A stretch of DNA of 64,000 nucleotides from an uncultured Actinomycetes bacterium (GCA_963816275.1 CAWFJU010000028.1:383-64382); one strand, 5' to 3'. Positions 10,378-22,700 are shown, numbered from the stretch's first letter. A program made the numbers and translations. The notes: generated by a model from the sequence alone, not told the origin.

Positions 10378-10956
10378 CTAGATCTGCGCCGTGATGCCGT
10401 CGATCCGCACGTCGTCGATCACGACGGAGACCGTCGTGCCGCCTTGGATCGCGCCTCCGGGGTTGGGGAAGAGGAGGTTCACGCTCTCACCGGCCTTCAA
10501 GCCCACGTGATGCGCCATCCCGCCCGCGACGTGGATCACGGTGTTCGATCCGTCGGGCACGAGGACCGGCATGGCCGCATCTCCATGGGTGTGGCCGGTC
10601 TTCGGCTGCAGGTGGACGCCGAAGAGCTGCGCCGCCTTGGCCGGGTCGATCACGGTCATCCTTAGGTCCAGGAGACCTCCGGATGCCACAACGCCGAGCA
10701 TCGTCAGTCGCATCCCGTACTCGGCCTCGAACGCCTGCGGTGTCATGGCGGTCGAGTTGGCGATCTCGGCCGGAGGGGCCGACGTCGACCGGATGTCGAA
10801 TGCGAGCGCGCCCACGAAGAGCGCGATCACGGCCAGCCCGGCGACGACCGCCGTCCGAGAGGGTCGTCGACGATCCGGACGGAGCGGTTCCAGGTCGACG
10901 GGCGAGCCGAGGTCTTCCGAGGTACCCCGGCTCGCCCGTGTCGTGATCTGGCTCAC
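10378..10956 (-). CDS. Membrane-anchored hypothetical protein with His/Met patches, 192 aa
   Basis: Single TM helix (TAVVAGLAVIALFVGALAF), motifs GHTHGD and GGMAHHVG. GTGA overlap with the upstream gene. Confidence 0.7.
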   Translation of the reverse strand: MSQITTRASRGTSEDLGSPVDLEPLRPDRRRPSRTAVVAGLAVIALFVGALAFDIRSTSAPPAEIANSTAMTPQAFEAEYGMRLTMLGVVASGGLLDLRMTVIDPAKAAQLFGVHLQPKTGHTHGDAAMPVLVPDGSNTVIHVAGGMAHHVGLKAGESVNLLFPNPGGAIQGGTTVSVVIDDVRIDGITAQI

Positions 10957-13900
10957 GGTGTGATCACCGTCCTCCGCATCGACGTGAAGGTGTCGAGGAA
11001 GAGGCGGCCCGTGGCGTTCTGAGTACCGGTATTACCGGTCAGTGCCGCCGCGCCGAACCGGATCGACTCGATCGAGTAGCCACCCGTCTGGGCGCTGTTC
11101 CAGGTGGTCAGGGCTCCTCCTGTGAGGTTGCTCGTGAATGCGGCGCCGTTGACCGAGATCTGCAGCTTCGGCGTGCCGCCCGAGTTGGACGAGAGCCAGC
11201 TGATCTCGATCCGGTTCGCAGCGCTCGGGGTCAGCGCGAACGTGCCGGAGGTCAGAGTGCCGCCGTTCGTCCGCGCCAGCACCATCCGCACCTGGTACGT
11301 GCCCGCGCTGGGTCGGAGGAGCTCGACCCGGAACGCCTGGGTCCCCGAGCCGTTGTTGTTCACCCCCGTGTACCCGGCGAGCAGGGTGATCTGGCGAGTG
11401 TTCGCGAAGGTCACCCCGTTCGGGTTCAGGTAGAACCTGGCGTGGTACGCGGCGTCCTGCCTCGGCGAGTTGTCGGTCAGGTAGCTCGACTGGAAGGAGC
11501 CCGAGGTGTTGCATGAGCTGGACGTGTTGCAGAGCGCCACCTGAAGACCCTGTGTGGAGCCGGTCCCCATCGACGCTGCGGCGACGACGCTCATCCGAGA
11601 GGCACCCGTCGTGGTTCCGAGCCACGCGGAAGTGGTGCCTGACTCGAACCCGTTCGAGAAGATCGTGTTCGGGTAGACGACGCTCACCGGGACCGTCGTC
11701 TTGACGGTGCTCCAGTTGCCGGCTCCATCTCGCGTGCGAACCGAGATCGTGTGGTTCCCCGGGGCCCAGCCCAGCGCGACGTAGTCGATCGTGGCCGTGA
11801 ACGTTTCGGCGGCGTCCCCGAGGGGAGCCGTCGCGGTGCTCATCGGCGTCCCGTGACCGACGCCCGGATCGGTTCCCTCGAACCACTCCGCTCCATACAG
11901 GCCTGAGCTGAAGGCCGGGTCGGTCGCGTTGGCCGTGACCGTGAAGGTCGTGCCTTCGCTCGCTCCTGAGTTCGTTGGGCTCGGGGCGGCCGTCGGTGTC
12001 GACACCGACGGTGCCGCCTTGTCCACGACGAGCGTCACGGTGTTGAAGGTGGTGCTCCAGTTCCCGGCGGCATCGCGGGCATGGATCTTCACCGTGTGGA
12101 GGCCGTCGGTGAGCTGCGTGATCGTCGACAGCGGGATGTCCGCGTACCCCATCTCCGTCGGCGAGTCGAACGCGCCGTCGGAGGGAAGGAACTTGATCCC
12201 GTTGCCGTCCACCGGTGACGCCACGTCGATGAACGCCTCGGCGGCCTTCACGTTGGAGACGTTGCCCGGATCGGCGAAGTTCTGGATCAGCCGGATCGTC
12301 AGGGTGGCCGAGTCCACACCGATCTTGCCGTTGGTCATGGTGGACGGGCAGGGTCGTCCACGTCGTCGACGTCGGAGCGGTCTTGTCGACGACGAGCTGG
12401 ATCGAGCCAGCTCCGACGTTGCCCAAGGCGTCGCTCACCTCGATCTCCACCAGGTACGGACCTTCGGGCGCTCGGGATCGCCGCCGTCGGGATCGAGGCG
12501 CTGAACGCCGAGACCGGGTTCGTCGTGGTGGCGAGGGTCAGGTTGGACCACGCTCCGCCGTTCACGCGGAACCGCGCCTGGGGCGAGTTGGAGATATTGC
12601 TGCCGCCCTTGTTCGTGTCGTTCGCGGTGCCCGACAGGGCGACCGCGGCCGATCCGTTGGTGGGGTTGGAGGTGAGGGTCACGGAATTGATCGCCGGACC
12701 GTCATGGTCGACGGTGAAGCTGTCCGAGTTGAACGCACCCCAGTTGGTGCCGTCGGTCGCCCGGATGATCACCTGATGCGAACCGGTCAGGAGCGCCGGC
12801 GTGATCGGGATGCCCGACCACGTGAGCCCGCCCGGCCCGGCGGCCACGGTCGTCGCCGGGATCGCCGTGCTGCCCGTCGAATCCAGGTAGAGCTCCGCGC
12901 CCGTCGGCAGTCCCGACGCGGTGGCGGTGACGTTCACCGTCGACCCGCTCACCATGGAGGGAGCGATCACGATGCTCGTGACCTTCGGGCCGGTGGCCGG
13001 TGGTGTCGAGGTCGGCGAGACCTCGATGAAGGTCATCATGCCGCCGAAGTCGTAGATCCGGCCGTTGCCGGTGGTCGTGGTACCCGCGTTCGCGTTGTGC
13101 AGCAGGCGGGTCTGGTCGAAGAGCGGGAACCGCATGGTCGAGGGACCCGTGAGGGCAGCGGCAGGGATCGCGATGATCCCGTCGGCCGTCTCGCCGGGGG
13201 CGATCGAACGTGCGACCTCGGTCTCGTGCGCGGTGAGGACCCCTCCGTCGGACGAGACGAACCGCTGCTGGAGTCCGAGCGTGCCCATCGAGTGCGGGAG
13301 CAACCCGCCGTTCACGTACCGCAGGAGCAGGTTCGTGCCGGCGGCCGCCACGATCGGAGCCGTGGTCGGGATAGGCCTGGCCGTTGATCGTGAAGTACCG
13401 TGGCGAGTAGTTGCGGAGGTCGAAGTTCCAGGGTGCCGAGCTCGCGTTCAGCGCCGGATCGATCTCGCCGAGCACGACCACGGCTTCATCGGTGAAGTCG
13501 GTGTTCGTGTTGAGCCCCTGGTCGCTCTGAGCCGTCGTCGCCACCCAGTCGGCGGGACGCACGATCAGGACGCCGACCATGCCGAGCGCCACTTGGTACT
13601 GGGTCCCTGGAAGCAGGCCGGCCTCGTAAAGGTAGGTACCGGGCTTCAGCGGCATGAAGGTGTACGACTTCGTGCCGTTCGGTGCCACGACCCGTGAGGT
13701 CAGGGACCATGCCCTGCGCCTGGATATCGAGCGCGGTGTCCCGGGTCAGGCCGTTGTGGAGCTGGATCGTGCAGCTCGTGCCGACCTTGGCGACGACGAC
13801 GGTGTCCGGGATCGACACAGCACCTCCGGTTGAGGCTGCGTAGCCCCAGACGTTCACCGTCGTGGTCGGTGCGATCGTCTTCGTGCCGGCCTTGGCGTAG

Positions 13901-14037
13901 AGGTCGACCGGACCGGCGGCGCAGTCCAGGCCGCCGACGAGCGCGGCGTGCGCGGCCGGCGGGGCAAGGGTCAGCAGGGTCGCCAGCATCGCCAGCGCGA
14001 GCGCCAGGCTGATGCGGAGACGGGCGGACGGCTTCAT
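10953..14037 (-). CDS. Two-domain cupredoxin (MCO-like) protein 'C' lacking Cu ligands, plus ~4 Ig-like repeats and a C-terminal beta-sandwich; about 4 frameshifts
   Basis: Signal ending AHA; VWGY, PGTYLYEAG...GMVGVLIVRP and YFTINGQAYPD cupredoxin hallmarks; repeats ending HxxxxxxxDxAGNWS; final domain starts IFSNGFESG. Alternative starts at 14055 and 14070. Confidence 0.75.
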
Positions 14038-14066
14038 CGTGTCTCTCCGATCCATCGCGTTCCCTC

Positions 14067-15367
14067 TCATGGACACACCGGCTGGAAGTTGGCGTCGACC
14101 GGGTCGACGCGGGTGTAGGTGATGGGACCGGTCATGACGACCGCGCCCGGTGAGGTGATCTGGTGCAGCGAGTGGTTGTGGGCGAGGATGTAGTACTCGC
14201 CGCATTCGTTCTGCGAGGAGAAGCCCGGAGGCAGGGTGCCCTGCACGCCCAGGTACGGGGTGCCGCCGTAGAACGGACCGACCTCGAGGTTCGGCGAGGT
14301 TCGGCACGATCACGTCGACCGGGTTCTGCGGGCTGTACTGGTTGTCGTCCTGCCAGGTGAAGAGCGCGTCCCACGTCTGGCCGGGTCCCACGGGCACCGA
14401 GAACTTGTCGAAGGGCGGCGCGTGACCAGGTTCCCGTCCCTCCCGACCACGAGGGCGTTGTTCCCGTGCGGGTGGAAGGGGTAGTCCTCCGTGCCGACGC
14501 TGATGAATCGGTCGAGCGACGGGAGCGGATTGTGCGTGGCGTCGTAGGGCAGGATCTCCGACATCGACCCGTAGGGCTGGTTCGGGAGCCACGAGGCCCC
14601 GTTATCGGCGATCGAGTCGGGGAACCCGCGGCCGTTGATCATCCAGTAGCGCGGGTGGTAGTTGTTCATGTTGAACGCCTTGCCCGGCCTCGGCGCGGGC
14701 GTGCAGCGTCGGGTCGATCTCCGAGAGCAGGATCAGGAACTCGGCACCCGGGTTGAATTGGGTCGAGCCGTCGTTGTAGGCGAAGCTCGCGCCCATCGAG
14801 GGCCGCACGACGAGGGCCCCGAACAACCCCATCTGCACCTGCTTCGCGGGATCGGTGCCGCTCTGGTACAGGAAGGTGCCGGGGTGGTCGGCGGTGAATT
14901 GGTAGGTCACCGACCCGCCCACGGCGGCCGTCTGCGCGAACGACGACAGCGAGCCGCCCGCGCCACCGAACTCGGGCTGCGACGGAGCGCCGTCGGCCGA
15001 TGACGTTCGCCTGGCCCGGGAAGACCAGCGAGGTCGCCTCGGGCAGGTTGTTGTTCCTGAGGACGATCGTGACGACGTCACCCTGGTTCACGCAGAGCAC
15101 CGGGCTGGGGTGCTGGAAGGGCTGACCGCTGAGCGCGTAGCCCCACATGAAGGACGTGGCGCCGTCGGGAAGGTTGATGTAGCCCGTCTTCGTCACGAGC
15201 GTGAACGTGGGGTTGTGCTCCCTCGGACGTAGCAGACCATCCCCACGTTGTGAGAGCTGCCGACGGCCGCGCCGGCGGGATCGATCGCCCGACGTCGCGA
15301 CCATCACGGCCAGCGAGGTGAGCAGCACCAGCGCGGCGATCGTCGAGCGCTTGATCGTTCGGGTCAT
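14067..15367 (-). CDS. Two-domain cupredoxin (MCO-like) protein 'B' with His pairs only in domain 2; about 5-6 frameshifts
   Basis: Hydrophobic signal; MWGY, PGTFLYQSG...QMGLFGALVVRP and WMINGRGFPD; FHPHG at 14466-14474 and AHNH at 14172-14180. Ends ...QPVCP-TGA at 14067. Confidence 0.8.
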
Positions 15368-15393
15368 CGGGATGCCTCTCTCGGTCGCGGCGC

Positions 15394-16733
15394 TCACGGG
15401 TTCACCGTGCTTCCGTAGTCGTTGGGGAACCGCTGCGTTGGCAGGATGAAGCTGGGTGGGTACACCCACACCTCGGTGGCCTGTCCGCCGAACCCGCCCG
15501 GCGCAAGGTTGTTCGAGCGCGTGTACGCGCGGTTGTAGAGGACGTAGCGGTCCGGCCCGGGCTGGTTGCCCGAGTGGGGCGGCGCCGTGAAGATCGCCTC
15601 GGTGCTCTCGCCGGCGCCGAGCATCAGCGTGTCGGTGTCGTACGGCGCGGTCAGGAGCGTCGCGTCCTTGCCGACGACCTGCATCGGGATGCCCGTGAGG
15701 GTCATCGCCGACTGCTTGTAGCCGAGGTTCGCGAGCCGGAGCGCCACCCTCTCGCCGGCGTTGCAGGTGATCAGCGACGAGAGCGGCTGGTACTGGAGCT
15801 CGGGACGGCCGGGAGGGGCGAGCAGGTCGCCGTCGGTGTCCTGGCCCACGGCGGTGTTGTGCCCGAAGTGGACGAACCGCCAGCTATTGAATGCGGTCGC
15901 GGTCGGATCGAGCGGCGCGTGAGGGGCGATCGTGTCCGGGTAGACCCGGCCGTTCAGCATCGAGAAGTCGGCGCGGTAATCGGTCCACTCTGGTAGCTGG
16001 ATGTGCGCGTCGGCCCAGTGGGCCTCGGCCCAGACCTCGGACAGGATCATCCCGTACTCGCGGTTGAACTGGGTCGTTCCCCCGTCGTTGTCGTAGATGA
16101 AGTTGTCGCCCTGCGCCGGCTTGATGAACACCAGCCCGGTCATGCCCATCTGGACGTGCTCGGTGTCCTCGACGTGGCAGTGGAACATGTACGTTCCGGC
16201 GTCGTTCGGCTTGTAGACGTAGGTGAACTCGCTGTTGGCGGGGACCGCAACCGAGCCCGACGGCTCGCCGTCGAAGAACGGGATCACGTCGCGGAACCCG
16301 TGGAAGTGCACGGTGTGGGCGTCGAAGAGGTCGGGGCGCTGCGCGAGCCCGAGGTTCGTGAGCTTCACGCGGAACTCCTGGCCCTTCTTCAGCCAGAACA
16401 TCGGCGCGGAGTGCTGCGCCTTGTTCTTCTGGTTCGCGATCTGCGCCGCCGAAAGGCCCGTGATGTTGTGGAACCCGAACATGTAGGTCGTGAACGGCGA
16501 TCCGGGTGCGTAGCTGTCCGGGTGGAACGGCGGGATCGCCGGCGTCTCCGGCAGCCAGATCCAGCCGTCGGTGCCCCCGAAGTGGATGTCGGCGGGGCGT
16601 ACCCGGTGCGGCGGTCGCTGTCGACCGGCATCAGGACGTTCTTGGCGCCGATCGTCACGAGGCCGGCGCCGGCTGCCGCCACGCCGCCCCACTTGATGAA
16701 GTCACGGCGGCTCAGCTTGCTCGTACCTGCCAT
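15394..16733 (-). CDS. Tat-exported two-domain multicopper oxidase protein 'A' with T1 site in domain 1; one frameshift at ~16600
   Basis: Tat motif SRRDFIK; HTVHFHG at 16300-16317; HCHVEDTEHVQMGM at 16141-16182; SD GGAGGA upstream. Confidence 0.88.
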
Positions 16734-16783
16734 GGGGGCTTCCTCCGTCCCGTTGCGGTGTCGTTGGTCGCGAGAAGGAGCCA

Positions 16784-19700
16784 TCAGAGGGTCCCTCCCC
16801 TGAAGGTGTCCGCGGTGGATCCGATGGTGCCGAACCGGATACCGATCCGGCCGGTTCCCGATGGTCCAGGTGTTGGCGCCCGTGGTCGGGAGCTGGACGC
16901 TCCCGAGCGAACGTGGTCGTCGCGCCGTTGATCGAGTAGACGGCGACCATGCCGTCCGAGTACGCGGCCGCGAACAGGACCTCGTTGTCGCTGAGGTTCT
17001 CGTCGAGGTCGGCGTACTGGGTGAAGGCGCCGCCCGCGTTCGTCGTCGTCTCGACGTAGATGCCGTCGGTCCCTTGCGTGTCGAACCGGACCCGGATGTA
17101 GTTCGTCGGGTTCGCCGTCGTCCCGCCGTTCGCCTTGAGGATCAGGACGATTCGTCGCGGTTGCCGCTCGTGTTGGACGTCAGCTGGATCGACGCGGCCT
17201 GGTTCGGTCCGAAGACGGCGAGTTCCAGATCGCCGAACGCCGCCGTCGTTCAACTGGTTCGCGACGACCTGGTTGCCGTTGACGCGAAGGTCGATCGCGG
17301 CGCCGGTGTTGGCCTGGCTCCAGCTGGCGCCCAGGCTGTTCGCGTTGGCGCGGTTGAAGTTGTCGAGCAGCGCGAGCGTCGGAGGCAGCACCAGATCGCT
17401 GTCCGGCGCACTGGTGTTGTTCGCCGGGCTGGGATCCGTCGATGCCGGCAGGCACGCCGATCGTCGCGCAGTTCGTGATCGTCCCGAACCGGGCCGTCAC
17501 GGTGAAGGTCCTCGTGAAGGTGGCCGTCCCGCCCGGGGGCAGGCTGGCCGTGCCGGTGAGGTTCCCAGATCCGCCTGCCATGCAGCCGCCGGCCGGAGCC
17601 GAGCAGGCCCACGTGCCGCCGGTGAGACCGGCCGGAACGGTGTCGGTCACGGGAGCGCTCGTCACGGAGCTCGGTCCGGCATTGGACGCGACGATCGTGT
17701 ACGTGACGGTATCGCCGGTGACCACCGAGGTCACACCGTCGGTCTTCGTGATGCTCAGGTTGGCCTGGCCGAGGATCGGGTCGGTGTCGGTGGCGCTGTT
17801 GTTGCCGCGGGTTCGGGTCGGTGACGCCGCCGGGAGCCGCGATCGTCGCGGTGTTGGCGAGCGACCCTGACGCCGTACCCGACAGCGTGGCGTTGAGCAC
17901 GAAGGTCGCGCTCCCGCCCGACAGCAGGTTGACCGTGGCGTTGATGTTGCCCGAGCCCGTCGCCGGGCAGGTCGAGCCCGCCGACGCCGTGCAGGTCCAG
18001 GACGCACCGGTCAGCGCCGCCGGCACCACGTCCGTCACCGTGGCGCCGATCGCGGCGCCCGGTCCGGCGTTGGTCGCGACGATCGTGTAGCTGATCGCGG
18101 CACCCGCGACCGCGTTGGCCGCCCCGTCGGTCTTCGTGATCGACAGGTTGGCCGGGCAGCCGGTGCTCACGATCTCGTCCGCGCCCTCGTCGAAGCCGAC
18201 CGCCGCGTTGCAGGTCGGTGCCGACGGGCGGACCTGGCCGTCGATGTCGGTCGTCGGGGCGCTCACGCCGGACTTCGACGCCGCCCCGGCGTTGATCGCC
18301 GTGGATCCGGCCGCCAGGTGGAAGTCACCGAGCAGCGACGGCGGCAGGTCGAGACCCACGATGTGCGCGCCGACGAACGCCGGGTTCTGACGCCAGGCGT
18401 TCAGGTTCACCGACACGACGTATGGGTCGGCGAAGCCGGGGTCGACCCCGACCTGGTTCGTCGCGCTCGGGTTCGTCCCGGTCGTCACCTGCAGCATCGT
18501 GTTCGTCGGCGACAGGAGGAAGGTCGGGTCCTCTCCACCCATGTCCCAGTAGTTGATGGGGGACGGGTCACCGGCGAGGCCGATCCCGGTCACCATGCCG
18601 GCCGCGAAGTCGTTCGACGCCAGCTCGGTTGTGCCAGAACACGTTGTTGAACAGCAGCGGGTTGCTGAACAGCGGCGAACCGCCGGGCAGGGTGTTCTGC
18701 AGCGCCGTGCTGTTCCGGCTCGTGGACAGCCCTGCCGCAGCGGCCGAGCCGTTGCTGGTCGACGCGGTCGCGGTCGTGACGTTCTCCGCGACCGTGTTGT
18801 TGAAGATGCGGACGTTGGGCGCGTCGTTGAGCGAGATGCCGCCGCCTTCATGCGCCGACACGTTGTCGACGATCATGTTGTTGAAGACGTTCATCTGGCC
18901 GGTTCCTGCGTTCAGGAACCTGATGCCGCCGCCGTCGTCGCCTCCGAGGTTGCCCAGGATGACGTTGCCGTCGATCGTCACAGGCCCGGAACCGGGCGAC
19001 AGTGCACCGGCGGTTCGCGGGCAGCTGCCCGGCGATCATCACGCCGCCGGCCTCGTCGAAGGCCTGGTTGTAGTAGATGCGGTTGTCGTGGATGCGGCCG
19101 CGTCGGGCTCAGGCCGTAGGCCGAGATCCCGCCGCCGTACTCGGTCGAGTAGTTGCCGCAGATGTCGTTGTTCGCGATCTCGTAGTCGTCCGCGCCCGCG
19201 AACAGCGCGATGCGCGCCGCCGAGGTTCGTGCCGGCGTTCGCGACGATCCGGTTGTGCGCGATGCGCAGGTCGTCGTTGTGGTTGTCGGGGTCGGGCGTG
19301 ATGTGCGGCGTGCCGACGCGGATCGTGCCGTACGCGCCGCCGTTGTGCTCGACGATGTTGTTCGTGACCTGCAGGCTCTGGATGTAGGAGTTGGCGAAGA
19401 TCGCGCCGCCCTGGGTGAGAGCGACCTCTCCGCCGATCTCGCCGAGCTCGCCCGGCAGGCCCTGCTGGTCACCACCGCGGATGTCGAACCCGTCGACGCC
19501 GGCCGGGTAGCCGGAGCCGTACGCGTTGTGTCGACATCGCGAGGAAGTAGAGGACCTGGCCGGTGGAGATGTCGGGGTTGCCAACCCAGCTGGGCGTTCC
19601 GTCCCCATCCAGGAACGTCGAGATCTTGTCCGCCCAGTCGGTTGTGAGCTGGCTGTCACCGGCGAAGGCCGCGCCATCCAGGATCGAGCCACGGACCGAC

Positions 19701-22700
19701 CCGTCGGGGCTGCCCGGACCGACGCCCTGGAGCTTCAGGGGCTCACGTGATGATCAGGTTCTCGTAGTACGCCCCGCGCGGGTTCAGCCGCGGGTTGGCC
19801 GTGGCGGGACCGGGGTAGATCACGATCAGGTCGTCCTGCGCGCTCGCCGCCGCCGCGTCGATCGCGTCCTGGATCGCGTGCGGCGGGGTCGCCTCGTCGA
19901 ACTGCGTGGCGAAGAACGACCGCGGGCCGGGAGTGACCTCGGGCGAGGTTCCCACCTCGTACACGAGCGGCGTGTAGCCGGTGACGTTCCCGCCCCCGAA
20001 GTTGTCGACGCGAAGCTCGGTGCCAGTGGTCGTGCCAGCACCAGCGACCCGGATCCCGAGCCTGCCGCCACCCGTGGCGAGGGCGATCGGCCACGGAGTC
20101 ACGGTTGCGGTCACGTTGACGCTGCCGACGACCTGCGTCTCGTTCTTGTAGACGATCACCGTGCCGTCCTCGAGCGCACGGGCGCCGAGTCGGTCGGTCG
20201 CGGCGAACGTCACGCCGGTGAAGGTGGCCTGGTTGACGATGGTGTTCGTGTTCTGGGCCTTCGTGGAGACCACCACGCGACTGTTCGTGGCGTTGTACGC
20301 GACCTTGATCCAGCCCGAGTTCGAGCTTGATGGGTTCGGGTTACCGCCGCCCGAGAGCTTGAGGTACAGGCCTGCTTCAGTCGCCGCGGTCGCCACTTGG
20401 ACGAACGTGAACGCGGCCTCCTGGTTCGGCCCGTACGTCGGGCCGCCGTTCGTCGAGCCGGTCCACCGCGCGTTCGCGGTCCCTCGGCCCCGAAGGTAGC
20501 CGCCCGTAACGACGAAGGAGTTGGCCCCGCCGTTGTTGTTGTCCAGGGTCCAGTTGTTCCCGTTGGCGAACGTCGAGAGCACGCCCGTCGTGGGGAACGC
20601 GCTGTAACCCAGCACGTGGAACGTCAGACCGTTGATCGTGCGGGCGCCGCTCGCCGTGACGACCGTGAGCTGCTTCGGGCCGCTCGGCGTGCCGGCCGGC
20701 ACGGTGACCTGCAGGTGCGACGCACCCCAGACGGTGGGCATAGCTGTCCCGTCGAGGAGCACCTGACCGGGCGTCGAGCCGAAGCCGAGGCCATCGATCG
20801 TGAAGGTCTGGTTCCCGAGCCGTGTGTCCACGTACGGCTTCGACACACGGTAGAGCTCCGGGGTCGTGGGGGCACCCGCCGGGTCGTTCACCGGGCAGGT
20901 CACCGCACGCTGGGTCTGGGTCCCGGGGATATTGAGCCACACGCCCACCTGCGTCGGGGCGTTGTCGGCCGGGATCATCCCGCCGGGGGTCGCCTCGAAC
21001 TGCGCGGCGATCGGGCGGAACTGCGGGTTGAAGTTCGGGTTCAAGGCACCGGGCACGCCGGGGTCGTTCCCGACGAAGCGGTAGACGTTCTGGCAGACGC
21101 CGGACGGCGTCGGGCAGTTGATGCGGTTCGTCGAAGGCAGCAGCACATCGACGAAGCCGTTGTAGTCCGTCTCGACCGTGGTGATCAGACGGTTCGTGTA
21201 GTCATAGATGCCGACCGGGGCGAAGGCGACGCCGGCCTTCTCGCCGTACATCGTGGACTTCAGGTCGGCCGAGAAGTTCAGGTCATCGATCATGTACTCC
21301 CACAGGCGCGCCGGAAGCGGCACGTCGGTGAACACGTTGAACGTCGGCACGATCGAGCGGCCGTTGTTGAGTGGGACGAGCTTCACGTCGCAGAGCGGCT
21401 TGGCCATGCCTCTCGTATGGAGAGCCGCCGATGTCGACGAACGTCGCGTTCTCGGTGGGGGTCGACGCGGGCACGGAGATGTCCGGACCCCCCAGGCCCG
21501 AGGGGTCGGTCAGGGTCGTCGCCGGGTAGTCGTCGTTGCCGTCCGCCACGTCGACCTGATGGAGCGCCCCGGCGCACGCCGGCGGCACGGCCTGCGGGAT
21601 CAGGGCGTCGCCGTTCCCGATGTTGATGTCCTCTTCCCGCGTGAACTGGTAGAGCGGGTGGCCGGCTTCGTCCTCCTGCGGCACGACGCGGACGAGGTAG
21701 TCACCGGCGGTCAGCGACGTGAACTCCCCTCCCTCGCACAGGGGGTTGGCGGGGTCGTCGGCGACCACGGTTCCGTCGAAGCAGCCGTCGCCGAAGCCGT
21801 AGTTGCCGTCGACGCTCGCGCCGAAGTTGTCGCCGAACTGGACGCCGTACATGTAGCTGTCGATGCATCGGGCGGTCTGGTCCTGGTACCCGGTCTCGGG
21901 TGAGCTCGGGTCGTACGGAAGCGCTGCCTGGTCGATCCCGAACTCGAGCGGGTTGCCTTCGGCGTCCCTCGCGACGCATCCGGACGGGCTGCTCCCAGGT
22001 CTCGGTCACGTAGGTGTTCAGGAGCGGCCCGAACTCGTACCCGCCCGTGGCGGGGTCGAGCGCGTAGGTGCCGTCGGCGTCGCACGGAACGCTCCCGTCG
22101 GCGGGGCAGTCCACGGGCGCGTACAGCTCGACGGTCTGACCGGACACGCCAGGCTGCCAGTCCTCGACGGCGGCGTACCGCGGGTCGAGCTCGTTACGGG
22201 TCGTGTCGTAGCTGACCGTGCCCACGATCCCGCCGTTCCGCGGGTCGAGGCCGCCGGTCGCACCGGTGGCGTCGTAGGCGTGGACGCCCCAATCGACCGT
22301 GCCGGACTGCCCGATCACCGACAGTGTGTTCAGGTCGACGCCTGGGTCGAGGATCGTCGTGGGGTCGGGCTGGTTGTCGGCCTGGTAGGTGACGCCCGTC
22401 GTGAAGTAGGAGTCGCTGTACGCCTCCAACACGACCCAGGTCGTGAAGGGGTACCCGGACTCGAACTCGTAGAAGCCGTTCTGGTCGGTCGTGGCGGTGT
22501 TCGTGCCGCGGTCGGCCAGGGTGTTGTTGCGCGAGCGCAGGGTCAGCGTGAAGTTCGGGACGCCGAGCTCGCCCGGATCACGGACGCCGTTCCGGTTCGT
22601 GTCGCTGAAGACGTAGCCGCTGTAATAGGTCCACCAGCCGCTCAGCGCCATCACGCCGAGGTCGACGGTCTCGCCCGTGAAGGGGGCCGCGCCCTCGCCG

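Noticed and set aside
13486-14592. 368-aa ORF joining subunits B and C
   Set aside because: Chimera of shifted frames. B ends at TGA 14067 and C has its own SD and signal peptide.
15394-16733. Copper nitrite reductase (NirK) or ordinary small laccase
   Set aside because: It has the oxidase-type HxxHxH rather than the NirK HxxDxH motif, and domain 2 lacks the His ligands that either homotrimeric enzyme needs.
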